A DNA stretch of 64,000 nucleotides from Eledone cirrhosa. Lineage: Eukaryota. Shown here one piece after another: positions 15,001 through 30,000 of this stretch (the stretch's first letter is position 1; each line of letters opens with the position of its first letter). The position numbers and the translations under genes were made by a program. The notes under the pieces are model-generated. The model was given only the letters and a program-made list of their open reading frames with translations, ran no database searches and was not told the origin of the DNA. Location of the stretch: positions 29,140,001 to 29,204,000 of the forward strand of contig OZ024748.1 in assembly GCA_964016885.1 (NCBI GenBank), written 5' to 3'.

Positions 15001-18000
15001 AACTCCACCCTAAAACTACAGTAGTTAGTATCACTAACTCCACCCTGAAACTTCAGTAGTTAGAATCACTAACTCCACCCTGAAACTTCAGTAGTTAGAA
15101 TCACTAACTCCACCCTGAAACTACAGTAGTTAGTATCACTAACTCCACCCTGAAGCTACAGTAGTTAGAATCACTAACTCCACCCTGAAACTACAGTAGT
15201 TAGTATCACTAACTCCGCCCTGAAACTTCAGTAGTTAGAGTCACTAACTCCACCCTAAAACTACAGTAGTTACTATCACTAACTCCACCCTGAAACTTCA
15301 GTAGTTAGAATCACTAACTCCACCCTGAAACTACAGTAGTTAGTATCACTAACTCCACCCTGAAACTTCAGTAGTTAGAATCACTAACTCCACCCTGAAA
15401 CTTCAGTAGTTAGAATCACTAACTCCACCCTAAAACTACAGTAGTTAGAATCATTAACTCCACCCTAAAACTACAGTAGTTAGTATCACTAACTCCACCC
15501 TGAAACTACAGTAGTTAGTATCACTAACTCCACCCTGAAACTACAGTAGTTAGAATCACTAACTCCACCCTAAAACTACAGTAGTTAGTATCACTAACTC
15601 CACCCTGAAACTTCAGTAGTTAGAATCACTAACTCCACCCTAAAACTACAGTAGTTAGTATCACTAACTCCACCCTGAAACTTCAGTAGTTAGAATCACT
15701 AACTCCACCCTGAAACTTCAGTAGTTCGAATCATTAACTCCACCCTGAAACTACAGTAGTTAGTATCACTAACTCCACCCTGAAACTTCAGTAGTTAGAA
15801 TCACTAACTCCACCCTGAAACTTCAGTAGTTAGAATCACTAACTCCACCCTGAAACTACAGTAGTTAGAATCACTAACTCCACCCTGAAACTACAGTAGT
15901 TAGTATCACTAACTCCACCCTGAAACTACAGTAGTTAGTATCAATAACTCCACCCTGAAACTACAGTAGTTAGAATCACTAACTCCACCCTAAAACTACA
16001 GTAGTTAGTATCACTAACTCTACCCTAAAACTACAGTAGTTAGTATCACTAACTCTACCATAAAACTACAGTAGTTAGTATCACTAACTCTACCCTAAAA
16101 CTACAGTAGTTAGTATCACTAACTCCACCCTGAAACTACAGTAGTTAGTATCACTAACTCCACCCTAAAACTACAGTAGTTAGAATCACTAACTCCACCC
16201 TAAAACTACAGTAGTTAGTATCACTAACTCCACCCTAAAACTATTTTAGTTAGTATCACTAACTTCACCCTGAAACTACAGTAGTTAGTATCACTAACTC
16301 CACCCTGAAACTACAGTAGTTAGTATCACTAACTCCACCCTAAAAATATTTTAGTTAGTATCACTAACTCCACCCTGAAACTACAGTAGTTAGAATCACT
16401 AACTCCACCCTGAAACTTCAGTAGTTAGAATCACTAACTCCACCCTGAAACTTCAGTAGTTAGAATCACTAACTCCACCCTGAAACTACAGTAGTTAGAA
16501 TCACTAACTCCACCCTAAAACTACAGTAGTTAGAATCACTAACTCCACCCTGAAACTACAGTAGTTAGTATCACTAACTCCACCCTGAAACTTCAGTAGT
16601 TAGAATCACTAACTCCACCCTGAAACTACAGTAGTTAGTAGCACTAACTCCACCCTGAAACTACAGTAGTTAGTATCACTAACTCCACCCTGAAACTACA
16701 GTAGTTAGAATCACTAACTCCACCGTGAAACTACAGTAGTTAGAATCACTAACTCCACTCTGAAACTACAGTAGTTAGTATCACTAACTCCACCCTGAAA
16801 CTACAGTAGTTAGTATCACTAACTCCACCCTGAAACTTCAGTAGTTAGAATCACTAACTCCACCGTGAAACTACAGTAGTTAGAATCACTAACTCCACCC
16901 TGAAACTACAGTAGTTAGTATCACTAACTCCACCCTGAAACTTCAGTAGTTAGAATCACTAACTCCACCCTGAAACTACAGTAGTTAGAATCACTAACTC
17001 CACCCTGAAACTTCAGTAGTTAGAATCACTAACTCCACCCTGAAACTTCAGTAGTTAGAATCACTAACTCCACCCTGAAACTTCAGTAGTTAGAATCACT
17101 AACTCCACCCTGAAACTTCAGTAGTTAGAATCACTAACTCCACCCTAAAACTACAGTAGTTAGTATCACTAACTCCACCCTGAAACTTCAGTAGTTAGAA
17201 TCACTAACTCCACCCTGAAACTTCAGTAGTTAGAATCACTAACTCCACCCTGAAACTACAGTAGTTAGAATCACTAACTCCACCCTAAAACTACAGTAGT
17301 TAGAATCACTAACTCCACCCTGAAACTACAGCAGTTAGTATCACTAACTCCACCCTGAAACTTCAGTAGTTAGAATCACTAACTCCACCCTGAAACTACA
17401 GTAGTTAGTATCACTAACTCCACCCTGAAACTTCAGTAGTTAGAATCACTAACTCCACCCTGAAACTTCAGTAGTTAGAATCACTAACTCCACCCTGAAA
17501 CTACAGTAGTTAGTATCACTAACTCCACCCTGAAACTTCAGTAGTTAGAATCACTAACTCCACCCTGAAACTTCAGTAGTTAGAATCACTAACTCCACCC
17601 TGAAACTACAGTAGTTAGTATCACTAACTCCACCCTGAAACTTCAGTAGTTAGAATCACTAACTCCACCCTGAAACTACAGTAGTTAGTATCACTCACTC
17701 CACCCTGAAACTACAGTAGTTAGAATCACTAACTCCACCCTAAAACTACAGTAGTTAGAATCACTAACTCCACCCTGAAACTACAGTAGTTAGTATCACT
17801 AACTCCACCCTGAAACTTCAGTAGTTAGAATCACTAACTCCACCCTGAAACTACAGTAGTTAGTATCACTCACTCCACCCTGAAACTACAGTAGTTAGAA
17901 TCACTAACTCCACCCTAAAACTACAGTAGTTAGAATCACTAACTCCACCCTGAAACTACAGTAGTTAGAATCACTAACTCCACCCTAAAACTACAGTAGT

Positions 18001-21000
18001 TAGAATCACTAACTCCACCCTGAAACTACAGCAGTTAGTATCACTAACTCCACCCTGAAACTTCAGTAGTTAGAATCACTAACTCCACCCTGAAACTACA
18101 GTAGTTAGTATCACTAACTCCACCCTGAAACTTCAGTAGTTAGAATCACTAACTCCACCCTGAAACTTCAGTAGTTAGAATCACTAACTCCACCCTGAAA
18201 CTACAGTAGTTAGTATCACTAACTCCACCCTGAAACTTCAGTAGTTAGAATCACTAACTCCACCCTGAAACTACAGTAGTTAGTATCACTAACTCCACCC
18301 TGAAACTTCAGTAGTTAGAATCACTAACTCCACCCTGAAACTACAGTAGTTAGTATCACTAACTCCACCCTGAAACTTCAGTAGTTAGAATCACTAACTC
18401 CACCCTGAAACTACAGTTGTTAGTATCACTAACTCCACCCTGAAACTTCAGTAGTTAGAAACACTAACTCCACCCTGAAACTACAGTAGTTAGTATCACT
18501 AACTCCACCCTAAAAATATTTTAGTTAGAATCACTAACTCCACCCTGAAACTACAGTAGTTAGTATCACTAACTCCACCCTGAAACTTCAGTAGTTAGAA
18601 TCACTAACTCCACCCTGAAACTACAGTAGTTAGTATCACTAACTCCACCCTGAAACTTCAGTAGTTAGAATCACTAACTCCACCCTGAAACTACAGTAAT
18701 TAGAATCACTAACTCCACCCTAAAACTACAGTAGTTAGTATCACTAACTCCACCCTGAAACTACAGTAGTTAGTATCACTAACTCCACCCTGAAACTACA
18801 GTAGTTAGTATCACTAACTCCACCCTGAAACTACAGTAGTTAGTATCACTAACTCCACCCTGAAACTACAGTAGTTAGTATCACTAACTCCACCCTGAAA
18901 CTACAGTAGTTAGTATCACTAACTCCACCCTGAAACTTCAGTAGTTAGAATCACTAACTCCACCCTGAAACTTCAGTAGTTAGAATCACTAACTCCACCC
19001 TGAAACTACAGTAGTTAGTATCACTAACTCCACCCTGAAACTTCAGTAGTTAGAATCACTAACTCCACCCTGAAACTACAGTAGTTAGTATCACTAACTC
19101 CACCCTGAAACTTCAGTAGTTAGAATCACTAACTCCACCCTGAAACTACAGTAGTTAGTATCACTAACTCCACCCTGAAACTTCAGTAGTTAGAATCACT
19201 AACTCCACCCTGAAACTACAGTAGTTAGTATCACTAACTCCACCCTGAAACTTCAGTAGTTAGAAACACTAACTCCACCCTGAAACTACAGTAGTTAGTA
19301 TCACTAACTCCACCCTAAAAATATTTTAGTTAGAATCACTAACTCCACCCTGAAACTACAGTAGTTAGTATCACTAACTCCACCCTGAAACTTCAGTAGT
19401 TAGAATCACTAACTCCACCCTGAAACTACAGTAGTTAGTATCACTAACTCCACCCTGAAACTTCAGTAGTTAGAATCACTAACTCCACCCTGAAACTACA
19501 GTAATTAGAATCACTAACTCCACCCTAAAACTACAGTAGTTAGTATCACTAACTCCACCCTGAAACTACAGTAGTTAGTATCACTAACTCCACCCTGAAA
19601 CTACAGTAGTTAGTATCACTAACTCCACCCTGAAACTACAGTAGTTAGTATCACTAACTCCACCCTGAAACTACAGTAGTTAGTATCACTAACTCCACCC
19701 TGAAACTACAGTAGTTAGTATCAATAACTCCACCCTGAAACTACAGTAGTTAGAATCACTAACTCCACCCTAAAACTACAGTAGTTAGTATCACTAACTC
19801 TACCCTAAAACTACAGTAGTTAGTATCACTAACTCTACCATAAAACTACAGTAGTTAGTATCACTAACTCTACCCTAAAACTACAGTAGTTAGTATCGCT
19901 AACTCCACCCTGAAACTACAGTAGTTAGTATCACTAACTCCACCCTAAAACTACAGTAGTTAGAATCACTAACTCCACCCTAAAACTACAGTAGTTAGTA
20001 TCACTAACTCCACCCTAAAACTATTTTAGTTAGTATCACTAACTTCACCCTGAAACTACAGTAGTTAGTATCACTAACTCCACCCTGAAACTACAGTAGT
20101 TAGTATCACTAACTCCACCCTAAAAATATTTTAGTTAGTATCACTAACTCCACCCTGAAACTACAGTAGTTAGAATCACTAACTCCACCCTGAAACTTCA
20201 GTAGTTAGAATCACTAACTCCACCCTGAAACTTCAGTAGTTAGAATCACTAACTCCACCCTGAAACTACAGTAATTAGAATCACTAACTCCACCCTAAAA
20301 CTACAGTAGTTAGAATCACTAACTCCACCCTGAAACTACAGTAGTTAGTATCACTAACTCCACCCTGAAACTTCAGTAGTTAGAATCACTAACTCCACCC
20401 TGAAACTACAGTAGTTAGTAGCACTAACTCCACCCTGAAACTACAGTAGTTAGTATCACTAACTCCACCCTGAAACTACAGTAGTTAGAATCACTAACTC
20501 CACCGTGAAACTACAGTAGTTAGAATCACTAACTCCACTCTGAAACTACAGTAGTTAGTATCACTAACTCCACCCTGAAACTACAGTAGTTAGTATCACT
20601 AACTCCACCCTGAAACTTCAGTAGTTAGAATCACTAACTCCACCGTGAAACTACAGTAGTTAGAATCACTAACTCCACCCTGAAACTACAGTAGTTAGTA
20701 TCACTAACTCCACCCTGAAACTTCAGTAGTTAGAATCACTAACTCCACCCTGAAACTACAGTAGTTAGAATCACTAACTCCACCCTGAAACTTCAGTAGT
20801 TAGAATCACTAACTCCACCCTGAAACTTCAGTAGTTAGAATCACTAACTCCACCCTGAAACTTCAGTAGTTAGAATCACTAACTCCACCCTGAAACTTCA
20901 GTAGTTAGAATCACTAACTCCACCCTAAAACTACAGTAGTTAGTATCACTAACTCCACCCTGAAACTTCAGTAGTTAGAATCACTAACTCCACCCTGAAA

Positions 21001-24000
21001 CTTCAGTAGTTAGAATCACTAACTCCACCCTGAAACTACAGTAGTTAGAATCACTAACTCCACCCTAAAACTACAGTAGTTAGAATCACTAACTCCACCC
21101 TGAAACTACAGCAGTTAGTATCACTAACTCCACCCTGAAACTTCAGTAGTTAGAATCACTAACTCCACCCTGAAACTACAGTAGTTAGTATCACTAACTC
21201 CACCCTGAAACTTCAGTAGTTAGAATCACTAACTCCACCCTGAAACTTCAGTAGTTAGAATCACTAACTCCACCCTGAAACTACAGTAGTTAGTATCACT
21301 AACTCCACCCTGAAACTTCAGTAGTTAGAATCACTAACTCCACCCTGAAACTACAGTAGTTAGTATCACTAACTCCACCCTGAAACTTCAGTAGTTAGAA
21401 TCACTAACTCCACCCTGAAACTACAGTAGTTAGTATCACTAACTCCACCCTGAAACTTCAGTAGTTAGAATCACTAACTCCACCCTGAAACTACAGTAGT
21501 TAGTATCACTAACTCCACCCTGAAACTTCAGTAGTTAGAAACACTAACTCCACCCTGAAACTACAGTAGTTAGTATCACTAACTCCACCCTAAAAATATT
21601 TTAGTTAGAATCACTAACTCCACCCTGAAACTACAGTAGTTAGTATCACTAACTCCACCCTGAAACTTCAGTAGTTAGAATCACTAACTCCACCCTGAAA
21701 CTACAGTAGTTAGTATCACTAACTCCACCTTGAAACTTCAGTAGTTAGAATCACTAACTCCACCCTGAAACTACAGTAATTAGAATCACTAACTCCACCC
21801 TAAAACTACAGTAGTTAGTATCACTAACTCCACCCTGAAACTACAGTAGTTAGTATCACTAACTCCACCCTGAAACTACAGTAGTTAGTATCACTAACTC
21901 CACCCTGAAACTACAGTAGTTAGTATCACTAACTCCACCCTGAAACTACAGTAGTTAGTATCACTAACTCTACCCTAAAACTACAGTAGTTAGAATCACT
22001 TACTCCACCCTGAAACTACAGTAGTTAGAATCACTAACTCCACCCTGAAACTACAGTAGTTAGTATCACTAACTCCACCCTGAAACTTCAGTAGTTAGAA
22101 TCACTAACTCCACCCTGAAACTACAGTAGTTAGTATCACTAACTCCACCCTGAAACTTCAGTAGTTAGAATCACTAACTCCACCCTGAAACTACAGTAGT
22201 TAGTATCACTAACTCCACCCTAAAAATATTTTAGTTAGAATCACTAACTCCACCGTGAAACTACAGTAGTTAGAATCACTAACTCCACTCTGACACTACA
22301 GTAGTTAGAATCACTAACTCCACCCTGAAACTACAGTAGTTAGTATCACTAACTCCACCCTAAAACTACAGTAGTTAGAATCACTAACTCCACCCTGAAA
22401 CTACAGTAGTTAGTATCACTAACTCCACCCTGAAACTTCAGTAGTTAGAATCACTAACTCCACCCTGAAACTACAGTAATTAGAATCACTAACTCCACCC
22501 TAAAACTACAGTAGTTAGTATCACTAACTCCACCCTGAAACTACAGTAGTTAGTATCACTAACTCCACCCTGAAACTACAGTAGTTAGTATCACTAACTC
22601 CACCCTGAAACTACAGTAGTTAGTATCACTAACTCTACCCTAAAACTACAGTAGTTAGAATCACTTACTCCACCCTGAAACTACAGTAGTTAGAATCACT
22701 AACTCCACCCTGAAACTACAGTAGTTAGTATCACTAACTCCACCCTGAAACTTCAGTAGTTAGAATCACTAACTCCACCCTGAAACTACAGTAGTTAGTA
22801 TCACTAACTCCACCCTGAAACTTCAGTAGTTAGAATCACTAACTCCACCCTGAAACTACAGTAGTTAGTATCACTAACTCCACCCTAAAAATATTTTAGT
22901 TAGAATCACTAACTCCACCGTGAAACTACAGTAGTTAGAATCACTAACTCCACTCTGAAACTACAGTAGTTAGAATCACTAACTCCACCCTGAAACTACA
23001 GTAGTTCGTATCACTAACTCCACCCTGAAACTTCAGTAGTTAGAATCACTAACTCCACCCTGAAACTACAGTAGTTAGTATCACTAACTCCACCCTGAAA
23101 CTTCAGTAGTTAGAATCACTAACTCCACCCTGAAACTACAGTAATTAGAATCACTAACTCCACCCTAAAACTACAGTAGTTAGTATCACTAACTCCACCC
23201 TGAAACTACAGTAGTTAGTATCACTAACTCCACCCTGAAACTACAGTAGTTAGTATCACTAACTCCACCCTGAAACTACAGTAGTTAGTATCACTAACTC
23301 TACCCTAAAACTACAGTAGTTAGAATCACTTACTCCACCCTGAAACTACAGTAGTTAGAATCACTAACTCCACCCTGAAACTACAGTAGTTAGTATCACT
23401 AACTCCACCCTGAAACTTCAGTAGTTAGAATCACTAACTCCACCCTGAAACTACAGTAGTTAGTATCACTAACTCCACCCTGAAACTTCAGTAGTTAGAA
23501 TCACTAACTCCACCCTGAAACTACAGTAGTTAGTATCACTAACTCCACCCTAAAAATATTTTAGTTAGAATCACTAACTCCACCCTGAAACTACAGTAGT
23601 TAGAATCACTAACTCCACCGTGAAACTACAGTAGTTAGAATCACTAACTCCACTCTGAAACTACAGTAGTTAGAATCACTAACTCCACCCTGAAACTACA
23701 GTAGTTAGTATCACTAACTCCACCCTGAAACTTCAGTAGTTAGAATCACTAACTCCACCCTGAAACTACAGTAGTTAGAATCACTAACTCCACCCTGAAA
23801 CTACAGTAGTTAGTATCACTAACTCCACCCTGAAACTTCAGTAGTTAGAATCACTAACTCCACCCTGAAACTACAGTAGTTAGAATCACTAACTCCACCC
23901 TGAAACTTCAGTAGTTAGAATCACTAACTCCACCCTGAAACTTCAGTAGTTAGAATCACTAACTCCACCCTGAAACTTCAGTAGTTAGAATCACTAACTC

Positions 24001-27000
24001 CACCCTGAAACTACAGTAGTTAGTATCACTAACTCCACCCTAAAAATATTTTAGTTAGAATCACTAACTCCACCGTGAAACTACAGTAGTTAGAATCACT
24101 AACTCCACTCTGAAACTACAGTAGTTAGAATCACTAACTCCACCCTGAAACTACAGTAGTTAGTATCACTAACTCCACCCTGAAACTTCAGTAGTTAGAA
24201 TCACTAACTCCACCCTGAAACTACAGTAGTGAGAATCACTAACTCCACCCTGAAACTTCAGTAGTTAGAATCACTAACTCCACCCTGAAACTTCAGTAGT
24301 TAGAATCACTAACTCCACCCTGAAACTTCAGTAGTTAGAATCACTAACTCCACCCTGAAACTTCAGTAGTTAGAATCACTAACTCCACCCTGAAACTTCA
24401 GTAGTTAGAATCACTAACTCCACCCTGAAACTTCAGTAGTTAGAATCACTAACTCCACCCTAAAACTACAGTAGTTAGTATCACTAACTCCACCCTGAAA
24501 CTTCAGTAGTTAGTATCACTAACTCCATCCTGAAACTACAGTAGTTAGTATCACTAACTCCACCCTGAAACTTCAGTAGTTAGAATCACTAACTCCACCC
24601 TGAAACTACAGTAGTTAGAATCACTAACTCCACCCTAAAACTACAGTAGTTAGTATCACTAACTCCACCCTGAAACTTCAGTAGTTAGAATCACTAACTC
24701 CACCCTGAAACTACAGTAGTTAGAATCACTAACTCCACCCTGAAACTACAGTAGTTAGTATCACTAACTCCACCCTGAAACTTCAGTAGTTAGAATCACT
24801 AACTCCACCCTAAAACTACAGTAGTTAGTGTCACTAACTCCACCCTGAAACTTCAGTAGTTAGTATCACTAACTCCACCCTTAAACTACAGTAGTTAGTA
24901 TCACTAACTCCACCCTTAAACTACAGTAGTTAGTATCACTAACTCCACCCTGAAACTACAGTAGTTAGAATCACTAACTCCACCCTCAAACTTCAGTAGT
25001 TTGAATCACTAACTCCACCCTGAAACTTCAGTAGTTAGAATCACTAACTCCACCCTGAAACTTCAGTAGTTAGAATCACTAACTCCACCCTGAAACTACA
25101 GTAGTTAGTAGCACTAACTCCACCCTGAAACTACAGTAGTTAGTATCACTAACTCCACCCTGAAACTACAGTAGTTAGAATCACTAACTCCACCGTGAAA
25201 CTACAGTAGTTAGAATCACTAACTCCACCCTGAAACTACAGTAGTTAGTATCACTAACTCCACCCTGAAACTTCAGTAGTTAGAATCACTAACTCCACCC
25301 TGAAACTACAGTAGTTAGAATCACTAACTCCACCCTGAAACTACAGTAGTTAGTATCACTAACTCCACCCTGAAACTTCAGTAGTTAGAATCACTAACTC
25401 CACCCTGAAACTACAGTAGTTAGAATCACTAACTCCACCCTGAAACTTCAGTAGTTAGAATCACTAACTCCACCCTGAAACTTCAGTAGTTAGAATCACT
25501 AACTCCACCCTGAAACTTCAGTAGTTAGAATCACTAACTCCACCCTGAAACTACAGTAGTTAGTATCACTAACTCCACCCTGAAACTTCAGTAGTTAGAA
25601 TCACTAACTCCACCCTGAAACTTCAGTAGTTAGAATCACTAACTCCACCCTGAAACTTCAGTAGTTAGAATCACTAACTCCACCCTGAAACTTCAGTAGT
25701 TAGAATCACTAACTCCACCCTGAAACTTCAGTAGTTAGAATCACTAACTCCACCCTGAAACTTCAGTAGTTAGAATCACTAACTCCACCCTAAAACTACA
25801 GTAGTTAGTATCACTAACTCCACCCTGAAACTTCAGTAGTTAGAATCACTAACTCCACCCTGAAACTTCAGTAGTTAGAATCACTAACTCCACCCTAAAA
25901 CTACAGTAGTTAGAATCACTAACTCCACCCTGAAACTACAGCAGTTAGTATCACTAACTCCACCTTGAAACTTCAGTAGTTAGAATCACTAACTCCACCC
26001 TGAAACTACAGTAGTTAGTATCACTAACTCCACCCTGAAACTTCAGTAGTTAGAATCACTAACTCCACCCTGAAACTTCAGTAGTTAGAATCACTAACTC
26101 CACCCTGAAACTACAGTAGTTAGAATCACTAACTCCACCCTAAAACTACAGTAGTTAGAATCACTAACTCCACCCTGAAACTACAGTAGTTAGTATCACT
26201 AACTCCACCCTGAAACTTCAGTAGTTAGAATCACTAACTCCACCCTGAAACTACAGTAATTAGAATCACTAACTCCACCCTAAAACTACAGTAGTTAGTA
26301 TCACTAACTCCACCCTGAAACTACAGTAGTTAGTATCACTAACTCCACCCTGAAACTACAGTAGTTAGTATCACTAACTCCACCCTGAAACTACAGTAGT
26401 TAGTATCACTAACTCTACCCTAAAACTACAGTAGTTAGAATCACTTACTCCACCCTGAAACTACAGTAGTTAGAATCACTAACTCCACCCTGAAACTTCA
26501 GTAGTTAGAATCACTAACTCCACCCTGAAACTACAGTAGTTAGTATCACTAACTCCACCCTGAAACTTCAGTAGTTAGAATCACTAACTCCACCCTGAAA
26601 CTACAGTAGTTAGTATCACTAACTCCACCCTAAAAATATTTTAGTTAGAATCACTAACTCCACCGTGAAACTACAGTAGTTAGAATCACTAACTCCACCC
26701 TGAAACTACAGTAGTTAGAATCACTAACTCCACCCTGAAACTACAGTAGTTAGTATCACTAACTCCACCCTGAAACTTCAGTAGTTAGAATCACTAACTC
26801 CACCCTGAAACTACAGTAGTTAGAATCACTAACTCCACCCTGAAACTTCAGTAGTTAGAATCACTAACTCCACCCTGAAACTTCAGTAGTTAGAATCACT
26901 AACTCCACCCTGAAACTTCAGTAGTTAGAATCACTAACTCCACCCTGAAACTTCAGTAGTTAGAATCACTAACTCCACCCTGAAACTTCAGTAGTTAGAA

Positions 27001-30000
27001 TCACTAACTCCACCCTAAAACTACAGTAGTTAGTATCACTAACTCCACCCTTAAACTTCAGTAGTTAGAATCACTAACTCCACCCTGAAACTACAGTAGT
27101 TAGAATCACTAACTCCACCCTGAAACTACAGTAGTTAGTATCACTAACTCCACCCTGAAACTTCAGTAGTTAGAATCACTAACTCCACCCTAAAACTACA
27201 GTAGTTAGTGTCACTAACTCCACCCTGAAACTTCAGTAGTTAGTATCACTAACTCCACCCTTAAACTACAGTAGTTAGTATCACTAACTCCACCCTGAAA
27301 CTACAGTAGTTAGAATCACTAACTCCACCCTCAAACTTCAGTAGTTTGAATCACTAACTCCACCCTGAAACTACAGTAGTTAGTATCACTAACTCCACCC
27401 TGAAACTTCAGTAGTTAGAATCACTAACTCCACCCTGAAACTTCAGTAGTTAGAATCACTAACTCCACCCTGAAACTACAGTAGTTAGTAGCACTAACTC
27501 CACCCTGAAACTACAGTAGTTAGTATCACTAACTCCACCCTGAAACTACAGTAGTTAGAATCACTAACTCCACCCTGAAACTACAGTAGTTAGTATCACT
27601 AACTCCACCCTGAAACTACAGTAGTTAGTATCACTAACTCTACCCTAAAACTACAGTAGTTAGAATCACTTACTCCACCCTGAAACTACAGTAGTTAGAA
27701 TCACTAACTCCACCCTGAAACTTCAGTAGTTAGAATCACTAACTCCACCCTGAAACTACAGTAGTTAGTATCACTAACTCCACCCTGAAACTTCAGTAGT
27801 TAGAATCACTAACTCCACCCTGAAACTACAGTAGTTAGTATCACTAACTCCACCCTAAAAATATTTTAGTTAGAATCACTAACTACACCGTGAAACTACA
27901 GTAGTTAGAATCACTAACTCCACTCTGAAACTACAGTAGTTAGAATCACTAACTCCACCCTGAAACTACAGTAGTTAGTATCACTAACTCCACCCTGAAA
28001 CTTCAGTAGTTAGAATCACTAACTCCACCCTGAAACTACAGTAGTTAGAATCACTAACTCCACCCTGAAACTACAGTAGTTAGTATCACTAACTCCACCC
28101 TGAAACTTCAGTAGTTAGAATCACTAACTCCACCCTGAAACTACAGTAGTTAGAATCACTAACTCCACCCTGAAACTTCAGTAGTTAGAATCACTAACTC
28201 CACCCTAAAACTACAGTAGTTAGTATCACTAACTCCACCCTGAAACTTCAGTAGTTAGTATCACTAACTCCATCCTGAAACTACAGTAGTTAGTATCACT
28301 AACTCCACCCTGAAACTTCAGTAGTTAGAATCACTAACTCCACCCTGAAACTACAGTAGTTAGAATCACTAACTCCACCCTGAAACTACAGTAGTTAGTA
28401 TCACTAACTCCACCCTGAAACTTCAGTAGTTAGAATCACTAACTCCACCCTAAAACTACAGTAGTTAGTGTCACTAACTCCACCCTGAAACTTCAGTAGT
28501 TAGAATCACTAACTCCACCCTAAAACTACAGTAGTTAGTGTCACTAACTCCACCCTGAAACTTCAGTAGTTAGTATCACTAACTCCACCCTCAAACTTCA
28601 GTAGTTTGAATCACTAACTCCACCCTGAAACTACAGTAGTTAGTATCACTAACTCCACCCTGAAACTACAGTAGTTAGTATCACTAACTCTACCCTAAAA
28701 CTACAGTAGTTAGTATCACTAACTCCACCCTTAAACTACAGTAGTTAGTATCACTAACTCCACCCTGAAACTACAGTAGTTAGAATCACTAACTCCACCC
28801 TCAAACTTCAGTAGTTTGAATCACTAACTCCACCCTGAAACTACAGTAGTTAGTATCACTAACTCCACCCTGAAACTTCAGTAGTTAGAATCACTAACTC
28901 CACCCTGAAACTTCAGTAGTTAGAATCACTAACTCCACCCTGAAACTACAGTAGTTAGTAGCACTAACTCCACCCTGAAACTACAGTAGTTAGTATCACT
29001 AACTCCACCCTGAAACTACAGTAGTTAGAATCACTAACTCCACCGTGAAACTACAGTAGTTAGAATCACTAACTCCACCCTGAAACTACAGTAGTTAGTA
29101 TCACTAACTCCACCCTGAAACTTCAGTAGTTAGAATCACTAACTCCACCCTGAAACTACAGTAGTTAGAATCACTAACTCCACCCTGAAACTACAGTAGT
29201 TAGTATCACTAACTCCACCCTGAAACTTCAGTAGTTAGAATCACTAACTCCACCCTGAAACTACAGTAGTTAGAATCACTAACTCCACCCTGAAACTTCA
29301 GTAGTTAGAATCACTAACTCCACCCTGAAACTTCAGTAGTTAGAATCACTAACTCCACCCTGAAACTTCAGTAGTTAGAATCACTAACTCCACCCTGAAA
29401 CTTCAGTAGTTAGAATCACTAACTCCACCCTAAAACTACAGTAGTTAGTATCACTAACTCCACCCTGAAACTTCAGTAGTTAGAATCACTAACTCCACCC
29501 TGAAACTTCAGTAGTTAGAATCACTAACTCCACCCTGAAACTTCAGTAGTTAGAATCACTAACTCCACCCTGAAACTTCAGTAGTTAGAATCACTAACTC
29601 CACCCTGAAACTTCAGTAGTTAGAATCACTAACTCCACCCTAAAACTACAGTAGTTAGTATCACTAACTCCACCCTGAAACTTCAGTAGTTAGAATCACT
29701 AACTCCACCCTGAAACTTCAGTAGTTAGAATCACTAACTCCACCCTAAAACTACAGTAGTTAGAATCACTAACTCCACCCTGAAACTACAGCAGTTAGTA
29801 TCACTAACTCCACCCTGAAACTTCAGTAGTTAGAATCACTAACTCCACCCTGAAACTACAGTAGTTAGTATCACTAACTCCACCCTGAAACTTCAGTAGT
29901 TAGAATCACTAACTCCACCCTGAAACTTCAGTAGTTAGAATCACTAACTCCACCCTGAAACTACAGTAGTTAGTATCACTAACTCCACCCTGAAACTTCA